Part shown: positions 1 to 7,563 of the stretch, in pieces
Layout of the letters: each line of letters opens with the position of its first letter
Position numbering within the stretch: position 1 is the first letter of the stretch
Origin: a virus
Strand: one strand, 5' to 3'
Virus record (IMG/VR): IMGVR_UViG_3300017917_003053
Span: 32,001-96,000 of that record
Length of the DNA stretch: 64,000 bases
Made by a program: the position numbers and the translations under genes
Notes under the pieces: generated by a model
The model's database searches: none
What the model saw: the letters and a program-made list of their open reading frames with translations, nothing else
What the model was told of the DNA's origin: nothing

Positions 1-372
1 GACGATGATCGTGGCCGAGGTTGTTCTAATGGACTTCATGCTGGTGCATTGAATTATGTTGCTGGTTATGGTAGTCTTGAGGCTGGCGATAAGATCGTCA
101 TTGTCAAGATTAATCCCCGTGATGTTGTGAGTGTTCCTAGTGATTGTAATTTTGAGAAACTTCGCACTTGCCGATATGAAGTAGTCGGAGAGTATCAAGG
201 CGAACTTCTCAAGCCACTTTATTCGGCTAGTCTAGATAATGGTGTTGAATATGACTATGACGATGAAGAGGAATATGATAACGATTATGATTGGGGATGG
301 AATGATGAAGAAGAAGATATTGATGATGAATACTATGAAGATGATGAGGAAGATTACGACGATTATAACTAA
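1..372 (+). CDS. rIIB: rIIB-like protein, C-terminal part (5' truncated by the window), with acidic D/E/Y tail
   Basis: Frame 1 is open from base 1: DDDRGRGCSNGLHAG...IVIVKINPRDVVSVPSDC...KLRTCRYEVV matches the conserved rIIB C-terminal motifs. Confidence 0.85.
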   Translation, partial: DDDRGRGCSNGLHAGALNYVAGYGSLEAGDKIVIVKINPRDVVSVPSDCNFEKLRTCRYEVVGEYQGELLKPLYSASLDNGVEYDYDDEEEYDNDYDWGWNDEEEDIDDEYYEDDEEDYDDYN

Positions 373-384
373 TCGTTGAAATGA

Positions 385-441
385 AGATGGGCTGCTGGTG
401 CGGATACTAGTTATTGATTGGTTCGATTCCAATCCTATCTT
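385..441 (+). ncRNA. Truncated tRNA-like structure (acceptor stem, T arm, one internal hairpin)
   Basis: AGATGGG (385-391) pairs with CCTATCT (434-440); T arm ATTGG-TTCGATT-CCAAT (417-433); only 25 nt between the stems, forming one 7-bp hairpin. Confidence 0.55.
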
Positions 442-508
442 TTTGCTGATTATGATAGTAATGGGGTTGCTATCCCGGCATGGTTAATTAATTACAGGAA
501 TAAGAATT

Positions 509-1654
509 ATGTTTAATGGAAATCTTGGGTTTAATCCTTATAGCAAGACTAACGACGTTTGGAATCAAAATGATTGTCAAACGAGAGGAAAGTTCATCAA
601 CTCTTTTGGTGGTCAGCAAATTTATTGTTACAATGGTAATCCTCGTAAGAAGATTAGTAGCATGGCTCATACAGACAATCTAACCACAGCGGTTCATGCT
701 AATCTGAATAACGACTCAGATGTTTACTTTTATGTAAATGGTGGACGAAAGCAGTATGCTATTAATGAGGTACGAGCCTGTTTCGTTGATATTGATGCTG
801 GACGAGATACTAATGGAAATTATCTACCTTCTAAAGAAGTGATGGCTAAGAAGCAAGAGTTTCTTGACAAGATCAACAACTTTCCTGTTAAACCTAGTTG
901 GGTAGTTGATACTCGTAATGGTTATCAGGTTTATTGGGTTCTTGATAAAATTAGCAGACAGTCTCTTAATAAGACTCGCTGGAATGGTATTCAGAAGAAA
1001 CTGGTAAATTACTTTGGTGGAGATGCAAGAGCCATCAAGATTAATCAGATTTATCGTGTTCCTTATACTTGGTGGCGTAAGTGCTGGGAGAAGAAGGCTC
1101 CTTATTACTCTACTATTCTTCAAGGATCAACTGGTCAAACAGTTAATGTTAAAGATTTGATTGAGGCGTTAACTGGTCAACCAGCAACAGTTAATATTGT
1201 TCCTAACTCAACAAGTGATGCTTGGTTTGACCAATGGAGAAAGAAATATAAGCAGTCTGATATTACAGGAGTTCCTGTCTCTCATAATGCTGCTGCTGAT
1301 ATTTGTAGAGCACTATCTGGTCAGGATTGTGGTCAAAAGAATAGTGTTAGTATCAATTCTAACAAGATTTGGTCTGATTTTACTGTTGATGATAATGGCG
1401 AATATACCACAATTGATGTTACCAACCTTGGAAGAATTTACGAAAAGACTTATGGTGATCCGTCGCCAGTGCTTCCCTCTCATGCTGGTAACGGCCATTT
1501 AGATTTGAGTGAGTCCCAGGCCAAACTTTTAAAAACGGTGGTCGAGTACCTCAACCAAGCGTCTACAGCGTTGTATTTCAGCAACAACCGATTCCTTTCT
1601 GGTGCTGCCCGTGATCTGGCAAATCAGATTAGCGATCAATTCTGTATTGGATAA
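509..1654 (+). CDS. RepB-like DNA primase domain protein (AEP superfamily)
   Basis: VYFYVNG, ACFVDID, PSWVVDTRNGYQVYW, GGD...IYRVP motifs. Confidence 0.7.
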   Translation: MFNGNLGFNPYSKTNDVWNQNDCQTRGKFINSFGGQQIYCYNGNPRKKISSMAHTDNLTTAVHANLNNDSDVYFYVNGGRKQYAINEVRACFVDIDAGRDTNGNYLPSKEVMAKKQEFLDKINNFPVKPSWVVDTRNGYQVYWVLDKISRQSLNKTRWNGIQKKLVNYFGGDARAIKINQIYRVPYTWWRKCWEKKAPYYSTILQGSTGQTVNVKDLIEALTGQPATVNIVPNSTSDAWFDQWRKKYKQSDITGVPVSHNAAADICRALSGQDCGQKNSVSINSNKIWSDFTVDDNGEYTTIDVTNLGRIYEKTYGDPSPVLPSHAGNGHLDLSESQAKLLKTVVEYLNQASTALYFSNNRFLSGAARDLANQISDQFCIG

Positions 1655-1656
1655 TT

Positions 1657-2031
1657 ATGCACGAACCTTACGATGATGATATGTCTGACGATCCTTATAA
1701 GTTTTACTTTCAGTTTGATACTGAATGGATAGCAAAGTATATTGATGAGATAGTCAAGAAGTTGTCGGAGTCAGGTTGGGATTATAAAATAACTAATATA
1801 GAAGGATTTCCATACAAATCGTTACCTGTGAATAGTTGGCTCTCCAGTACAGCGGGGGATAAAAACTCCCTGTACTTGGGGAACAACTATTGGAATGAAG
1901 GAGTATGGAAAAAACAACATTTTATAACAGATAAATTACAAAACGAATATGTATTACATTTACAATCTAACGCTGGGTATTTTTTACGCCAGCCTAAATA
2001 TTATAAGGGACTTTACGAAATACTTAACTAG
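1657..2031 (+). CDS. hypothetical protein
   Basis: 124-aa ORF tightly packed in the operon; contains a long DNA hairpin. Confidence 0.6.
   Translation: MHEPYDDDMSDDPYKFYFQFDTEWIAKYIDEIVKKLSESGWDYKITNIEGFPYKSLPVNSWLSSTAGDKNSLYLGNNYWNEGVWKKQHFITDKLQNEYVLHLQSNAGYFLRQPKYYKGLYEILN
1831..1891. repeat. Imperfect inverted repeat, 24-bp stem with 8-nt loop
   Basis: AATAGTTG/CAACTATT, TCTCC/GGGGA, AGTACAG/CTGTACT, GGGG/CTCC paired segments. Confidence 0.8.
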
Positions 2032-2039
2032 GATATATT

Positions 2040-2444
2040 ATGGATTTTACCAATGATGAATGGTTCGTAGTCAAAGATATAGACGGTTTTATAAACTCGT
2101 CTAGAGCATTAGTATTTAATGGGTTTGGTAAAACTAAGGAACAAAGCAAGGAAATATTAGATATAGAGATTGATGATAAGGATCAAGAAGAATTAGATAA
2201 AGTTCTATCGTTCAATGAATCCAAAATTATTATAATTGATATTCTAGAAAAAGAATACCATAAGAATTCTAAAATCAAATATTTATTGAATGATAATTTG
2301 TTTATCAAGATAATAGAATCTCTAAACGACCGAATGACTAGCAATATTTTAAATAGTCTGGTCAATAGAGGCTTAGTGGAAACAGCATACGACGCAGAGC
2401 AAGATGATTTTGTTTTTTGGATTAAAGATCAACAATTGGAGTAA
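2040..2444 (+). CDS. hypothetical protein (possible winged-helix C-terminus)
   Basis: 134-aa ORF; ILNSLVNRGLVE motif. Confidence 0.65.
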   Translation: MDFTNDEWFVVKDIDGFINSSRALVFNGFGKTKEQSKEILDIEIDDKDQEELDKVLSFNESKIIIIDILEKEYHKNSKIKYLLNDNLFIKIIESLNDRMTSNILNSLVNRGLVETAYDAEQDDFVFWIKDQQLE

Positions 2445-2447
2445 ACA

Positions 2448-3338
2448 ATGGCAAATTCTATCAGACCTACACAGTTTTCAGACATTATTGGACAATCAGA
2501 CGTAATTAATAGACTCAATATTATTATTTCTGGATGCAAAATTACTAATAGCGTAGTACCTCATATATTAATTGACGGTCCTCCTGGCCTTGGTAAAACA
2601 ACTATTGCTAGTGCTATTGCAAATGAACTAAATGTAAATCTGCACACTCTTAACGCAGCAAGTATTAGAAGTGCTAAGAATATTGTTCCATACCTTATGG
2701 GTATCGCCCCAAGGTCTATTCTTTTCATAGACGAAATCCATAGACTGCCTAAGTTAGTAGAAGAATTTTTGTATCCTGTAATGGAAGATTTTGTTCTAAC
2801 TTTATCAGATAAAGACGATCAAGAAATCGTAGAGTTGCCCATGTTCACTTTTGTTGGGGCAACAACTAGTGGAGGTAGTTTAAGTCAACCTTTTTATGAT
2901 AGATTTTCTATCAAAGAACATTTGTCTTTTTATAATGATGATGAGTTAGCCAAACTAGCAGGATTGAACGCCAAAAAGTTCGGACTAAATGTTTCAGAGG
3001 ATGATCTATTAGAGATTGCCAAAAGAAGCAAAGGAACTCCTCGCATCCTTAATGCCAGACTACAATGGTACAGAAATTGTGTACTCACACAAAAGAGTAG
3101 TATGTCCGTAGATGAAATTTTTACTATCCAAGGCATAGACTCTAACGGATTTGATATTTATGATCGTTCATACATTAGTGTTCTAAAAAAGAATATTGGC
3201 AATCCTCTTGGTCTGAAAAGTATTTCATCAATAACAGGCATCGCTATAGACACCATCGAAAATAGTATAGAGCCTTTTTTACTCAGAAAAGGATTCATAC
3301 AGAAAACAAGCAAGGGAAGGGTTTTAGGTAAAGTATGA
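2448..3338 (+). CDS. ruvB: Holliday junction branch migration ATPase RuvB
   Basis: IRP..F.DIIGQ, GPPGLGKTT, FIDEIHRL, GATT, GTPRI, IEPFLL..G.I..T..GR. Confidence 0.92.
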   Translation: MANSIRPTQFSDIIGQSDVINRLNIIISGCKITNSVVPHILIDGPPGLGKTTIASAIANELNVNLHTLNAASIRSAKNIVPYLMGIAPRSILFIDEIHRLPKLVEEFLYPVMEDFVLTLSDKDDQEIVELPMFTFVGATTSGGSLSQPFYDRFSIKEHLSFYNDDELAKLAGLNAKKFGLNVSEDDLLEIAKRSKGTPRILNARLQWYRNCVLTQKSSMSVDEIFTIQGIDSNGFDIYDRSYISVLKKNIGNPLGLKSISSITGIAIDTIENSIEPFLLRKGFIQKTSKGRVLGKV

Positions 3339-3655
3339 CTATAAAAAATATAGATATTATCCATATAGTATTAATTATTCTAAATATAGCCTTTTTTCTT
3401 TTTGGTTATATTTTAGGTCGATTAAATAATACCAATGGTGTATATCATAGTCAGAATAATACCCAATCCTTTTTCACAAAACATAAAACCCAAGAGCAGG
3501 ACAGTAACAAAAAAATTGATATTGACTCTACAAAAGTAGTGATAGATATCAAAACGGACAATATGCAAAAAAAATATGATAATCTTGGAGAAACCAAACA
3601 AAGTAACGAACAAATATCTTCAGCAATAAATAAACTAAAAAATATGAGGGGATAA
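3335..3655 (+). CDS. Single-pass membrane protein with C-terminal amphipathic helix; putative actin partner
   Basis: N-terminal hydrophobic IIHIVLIILNIAFFLFGYILG; ends ISSAINKLKNMRG; 1 nt upstream of the actin gene. Confidence 0.75.
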   Translation: MTIKNIDIIHIVLIILNIAFFLFGYILGRLNNTNGVYHSQNNTQSFFTKHKTQEQDSNKKIDIDSTKVVIDIKTDNMQKKYDNLGETKQSNEQISSAINKLKNMRG

Positions 3656-3656
3656 T

Positions 3657-4658
3657 ATGGCAAAAGGTTTAGATGTAGGCACAAGTTTTATAGTACTTTC
3701 TTCAGATTCTGAGAATGGTGTGATCTATAAAGATTTCAGAGATGCTTTTTATATTATTAAACCTACAACACCAGTAGCCACAAAAATGATTGAAAAAGGA
3801 TTATCTGGTAAAATCTTTATTAAAGATGCTGACGGATCATTTATTCTCTTAGGCAAAGACGCTATAGAGAAAGCCATAGAAAGAAATGATACAGCCAAAA
3901 GACCCATGTTTAAAGGCGTAGTGTCAGCAAAAGAAAAAGACGCAAAAAGAATCTTAGCATTTATACTGAAGGAAGTAGCGGGTCAAGCATCAGAACCAGA
4001 TGAAAAACTAGTCTTTTGCGTTCCTGCTCAACCAGTTGACCAAGAAGATGAAGATTTTGATGTCGGGTATCATGAAGACGTAGTAAAAACTATTTTAGCA
4101 GAATGTGGTTATGATGCAAAAGCAATCAATGAAGCAGAAGCATTATGTTATGCTGAATTAGAAGATACAGATTATACTGGAATAGGTATTAGTTGTGGTG
4201 CTGGAATGACAAATGTTTGCGTCATGTTAAACGGTGAACCTACTGTGGTTTTTAGCACAACCAAGTCAGGAGACTGGATTGACCGTATGAGTGCTGTGGC
4301 GACCGGAGAGCCTGACAGTGTTGTTCAAGCAGAGAAAGAGGGCGGGAACTTTAAAATAGGTGAACCTAACGAAAATCCAGTATTAGCAGCAGTATCTGCT
4401 TACTATGATAGACTCATTGATTATACAACAAAACAATTAAGTTCTGCTTTAACAGGACATAAACTTTTACCAAAATTTAAAGACCCTCTGAATATTGTTG
4501 TTGCTGGAGGGACATCACAGGCTAATGGATATATAGAAAAATTTGCAGAAAAATTGAAAGATAATAATTTCCCCTTGGCTGTTAAGGAAATCAAACACGC
4601 AGCAGATCCATTACACGCTGTTTCAAAAGGGTGCCTAATAGCGTCAAAAGTTTTATAA
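3657..4658 (+). CDS. Actin-fold ATPase (MreB/FtsA superfamily), volactin-like
   Basis: GLDVGT (phosphate 1), INEAEA (connect 1), ISCGAGMTNV (phosphate 2), VVAGGTS (adenosine), PLHAVSKG (connect 2). Confidence 0.88.
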   Translation: MAKGLDVGTSFIVLSSDSENGVIYKDFRDAFYIIKPTTPVATKMIEKGLSGKIFIKDADGSFILLGKDAIEKAIERNDTAKRPMFKGVVSAKEKDAKRILAFILKEVAGQASEPDEKLVFCVPAQPVDQEDEDFDVGYHEDVVKTILAECGYDAKAINEAEALCYAELEDTDYTGIGISCGAGMTNVCVMLNGEPTVVFSTTKSGDWIDRMSAVATGEPDSVVQAEKEGGNFKIGEPNENPVLAAVSAYYDRLIDYTTKQLSSALTGHKLLPKFKDPLNIVVAGGTSQANGYIEKFAEKLKDNNFPLAVKEIKHAADPLHAVSKGCLIASKVL

Positions 4659-4682
4659 ACCTTTTTCACGAAGGATCGTACA

Positions 4683-5489
4683 ATGAGACAATTCATGATA
4701 TTTTTATGCTTGTTTTTTGTCTCATACAGTATAGTTCTTGGAGGAACAAGACATCCTCATACTCCAGACTCAAGACATCTTGAATACGGTAAAAAATTTA
4801 AGTGTGTTGCTAAATTAGCCGGAACATATAAAGATAAAAAATATTATGAAGCATCTTCTGTCATAATTCGACCAAAAGTTATATTGACAGCAGCACACGT
4901 TGTATCCAATAGTCAAGAATGTTATGTGGTCCTTAATGACAATAGAATTTATTTGAATAAAATTATTATTCCCAAAGACTTTAAAGAACATGCTTTTGGC
5001 TTAAATGATATAGCAATAGGATTTACATCTGAAGATATGAAACAAGATTTTTATCCAGAGTTATATACAGATAGAGATGAAGTCGGCAAAGTGGTTTCTG
5101 TTGCAGGATTTGGAGTATATGGAACATTTGATACTGGAGCAACAGATGTTGATGTTCAAAGAAGGGCAGGGTCAAATGTTGTAGATTATATTGATCAAGG
5201 ATTATTAATATGTAAACCAGATGATCAAAACAGAACATCTTTAGAATTTTTAATTGCAAGCGGAGATAGTGGAGGTGGATTGTTTATAGCTAAAAAAATA
5301 GCAGGAATTAATTCTTGTGTTATGGCTTCAGACAAAATAACTAATTCGTCATATACTGACGAGTCTGGACACACAAGGGTCAGCGACCATGCAGAATGGA
5401 TAGAAAAAATTATTGCCCTTGAGACAGAAGGACTTGACAAAGAACTGCCTTCTGCTACAATAGTATTGAATACTCTACAAAGTAAATAG
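4683..5489 (+). CDS. Secreted trypsin-like serine protease
   Basis: Signal peptide; LTAAHV, NDIAI, GDSGGG catalytic triad motifs. Confidence 0.9.
   Translation: MRQFMIFLCLFFVSYSIVLGGTRHPHTPDSRHLEYGKKFKCVAKLAGTYKDKKYYEASSVIIRPKVILTAAHVVSNSQECYVVLNDNRIYLNKIIIPKDFKEHAFGLNDIAIGFTSEDMKQDFYPELYTDRDEVGKVVSVAGFGVYGTFDTGATDVDVQRRAGSNVVDYIDQGLLICKPDDQNRTSLEFLIASGDSGGGLFIAKKIAGINSCVMASDKITNSSYTDESGHTRVSDHAEWIEKIIALETEGLDKELPSATIVLNTLQSK
5433..5461 (+). promoter_or_regulatory. sigma70-type promoter
   Basis: cTTGACA-N16-TACAAT with extended TGn, upstream of the 5495 ORF. Confidence 0.65.
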
Positions 5490-5494
5490 ATATT

Positions 5495-5692
5495 ATGTAC
5501 AATAACGATTTTGAAGATAGAAAAAATTACCGTCGAGAAAAACTGTCTAATAAGAAAAAGACCTCCAAAGACCTGGATCAATCTTATAGAGACATTAAAA
5601 AGATCAAGAAAGAATATAGATCAAAAATAGAAGAGATGGAACAGGAAGAATTATGGGAAGAGTGGGAGAATGAAATACATAGAAGAAATTGA
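5495..5692 (+). CDS. small charged hypothetical protein
   Basis: 65-aa ORF downstream of the promoter. Confidence 0.65.
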   Translation: MYNNDFEDRKNYRREKLSNKKKTSKDLDQSYRDIKKIKKEYRSKIEEMEQEELWEEWENEIHRRN

Positions 5693-5918
5693 TATTGGCA
5701 GTGCTTTTGCATATCAAAATAGTATTTTCATTCTTACGTCTGACTTTAAACATAATGGACAACGAAATGCTATTGACTTATCTAATGGATTGTCAAGATG
5801 GTTCGCAGGAAATACTATATGTGAGGTTATAGATTTATTTGTCTTAGACAAAAACAATAATCTCATTAAGGTAAAAACGACACATGAAACTATTATACAA
5901 AGTCAAAACATTTTGTAG
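5670..5918 (+). CDS. small beta-rich hypothetical protein
   Basis: 82-aa ORF; pattern resembles the 39651 ORF. Confidence 0.65.
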   Translation: MKYIEEIDIGSAFAYQNSIFILTSDFKHNGQRNAIDLSNGLSRWFAGNTICEVIDLFVLDKNNNLIKVKTTHETIIQSQNIL

Positions 5919-6135
5919 ATCTTTATTTTGGCATATTTGGGCAGGATTTCCAAAATCCACAAAGGAACAAATACAGTATAGATTTAATATTTGCAAAAGT
6001 TGTGATATGTTTGACGAGAAAAATAGTCAGTGTTTAGTATGTGGATGTAATTTATCTACTAAAAAGGTTTTTATGAACAAATTGGCTTGGGCAGATCAAG
6101 AATGTCCACAACAAAAATGGAGTAAGATCTCATGA
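5884..6135 (+). CDS. Cys-rich zinc-binding protein (DUF6171-like)
   Basis: RxxICxxC...CxxCGC...K.....CP..KW. Confidence 0.75.
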   Translation: MKLLYKVKTFCRSLFWHIWAGFPKSTKEQIQYRFNICKSCDMFDEKNSQCLVCGCNLSTKKVFMNKLAWADQECPQQKWSKIS

Positions 6136-6668
6136 AAATTAAAAACAAAAATGTTGAAACAAAATTTCCTATTCTGAAAACAGACATCTTTCGAGCAGCA
6201 GCAGAAAGAATTAATGCTGGACGTAATGGTTCAAGCGTAGTTATTCCTCATGTTTGTAACAATGTAAATGTTTTTGGAGGAGGATTTACTAGAGATCTAA
6301 GTATTAACTATCCTTTAGTTAAAGAAAACTTTCATATGTTATCCAACCCTAAATTGGGTAAGGTACAGTATGTTGAAGTTGCTAAGAATAATGTCTATGG
6401 TTACAAAATTATTGTAGCCAATATGATAGCACAAAATGGAACTATTGGACAAAAAAATCCTAGACCTCTTAATTATGCCGCATTAGCATTTTGCATGACG
6501 GAAGTAAAGCAATATTGCTTAGATTTAAGGAAGTTATTGGATTCTACTAAGGTAGAAATTCATGCTCCAAAATTTGGTTCTGGTCTTGCTGGTGGAGATT
6601 GGAACTTTATTCAAGAATTAATCATAGATACATGGAAATCATTCGATACCTTTATATACATAAAATAA
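6132..6668 (+). CDS. Macro-domain protein (Poa1p/DarG-like ADP-ribose processing)
   Basis: IPHVCNN...GGGF and IHAPKFGSGLAGGDW motifs. Confidence 0.85.
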   Translation: MKIKNKNVETKFPILKTDIFRAAAERINAGRNGSSVVIPHVCNNVNVFGGGFTRDLSINYPLVKENFHMLSNPKLGKVQYVEVAKNNVYGYKIIVANMIAQNGTIGQKNPRPLNYAALAFCMTEVKQYCLDLRKLLDSTKVEIHAPKFGSGLAGGDWNFIQELIIDTWKSFDTFIYIK

Positions 6669-6669
6669 T

Positions 6670-6951
6670 ATGCCAAACTTAAATAACAAAGAGATAATTA
6701 CAAATTTTTCATTATCTACAATGAATATCAAAGTCATTACACAGTCTTCTCTTAATCAAGAAGAAAGTGTGAGGGAACATATGTCTGATTTTAATCGTAT
6801 GTCAGCGATCTTTAAAAAATATATGTCTGCCACCATAGCAAACATTGACGCTATTCTTGCAGAACTATCTAGTATAGATTCAATTAGGAGTGTAGAAATT
6901 ACTAATCCCAATAATAACAATGGTTTCATCTTTTACTTTGGGCTATCATGA
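6670..6951 (+). CDS. hypothetical protein
   Basis: 93-aa ORF in operon. Confidence 0.6.
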   Translation: MPNLNNKEIITNFSLSTMNIKVITQSSLNQEESVREHMSDFNRMSAIFKKYMSATIANIDAILAELSSIDSIRSVEITNPNNNNGFIFYFGLS

Positions 6952-7040
6952 ATATTGATATCAAGCTTTATTATATCTTTATGGCAATAATACTATTAGG
7001 AATTTTAAATGGACTCGGATGTTTCGGACAAAAAGAATAG
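6948..7040 (+). CDS. putative 30-aa membrane peptide (not in the ORF track)
   Basis: ATGA overlap with the upstream stop; MNIDIKLYYIFMAIILLGILNGLGCFGQKE. Confidence 0.35.
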   Translation: MNIDIKLYYIFMAIILLGILNGLGCFGQKE

Positions 7041-7563
7041 ATTATTAAATCAGAGAGTTTATTTGGCTGGGGCTATGGACAGAGTTGCAGATAGAGGGAA
7101 TGGATGGAGAGATAGTATAACTCCCTTTTTGCATAGCCTGGGCATTATTGTGTTTAATCCCATCAAAAAACCAACAGACATAGGCAAAGAAGATAATGAA
7201 GTTCATAAGCATAAAGTTTACTTAAAAAAAGAACAGAAATATGCAGAGTTATCTTCTTTAATGAAGACTATACGATCTGTTGATTTGAGGCTGGTAGATA
7301 TTAGTGATTTTTTGATAGTGAATCTAGATTTAGATATTCATCCTTGTGGCACTTATGAAGAAATTTTTTGGGCAAATCGACAGAAAAAACCTATAATAAT
7401 CCATATGGTTCAAGGTAAAAATCATGCTCCTGATTGGTTATTTGGAACAATACCTCATGAAATGATTTTTTCATCATGGAATGAAGTTCAAGATTACTTA
7501 ATAAGTATTAACAATTCACCAATAATCAACACTTTTAATAGATGGTATTTTTTTAAATCATGA
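7009..7563 (+). CDS. Nucleoside 2-deoxyribosyltransferase / nucleotide N-hydrolase-like protein
   Basis: VYLAG...WR...VFNP...DL..VD.SD...GT.EE..WA...KP pattern. Confidence 0.8.
   Translation: MDSDVSDKKNRLLNQRVYLAGAMDRVADRGNGWRDSITPFLHSLGIIVFNPIKKPTDIGKEDNEVHKHKVYLKKEQKYAELSSLMKTIRSVDLRLVDISDFLIVNLDLDIHPCGTYEEIFWANRQKKPIIIHMVQGKNHAPDWLFGTIPHEMIFSSWNEVQDYLISINNSPIINTFNRWYFFKS

Noticed and set aside
240-370. GAT/GAA/TAT repeat-like tract
   Set aside because: Low-complexity codons of the acidic rIIB tail; no fixed repeat-spacer period, so not CRISPR
385-441. Functional tRNA gene
   Set aside because: Too short, with no separate D and anticodon arms; kept only as a tRNA-like element
1452-1498. 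GC-rich hairpin in the primase 3' region
   Set aside because: Short, with several G-T pairs and a mismatch; could be chance in locally GC-richer coding sequence
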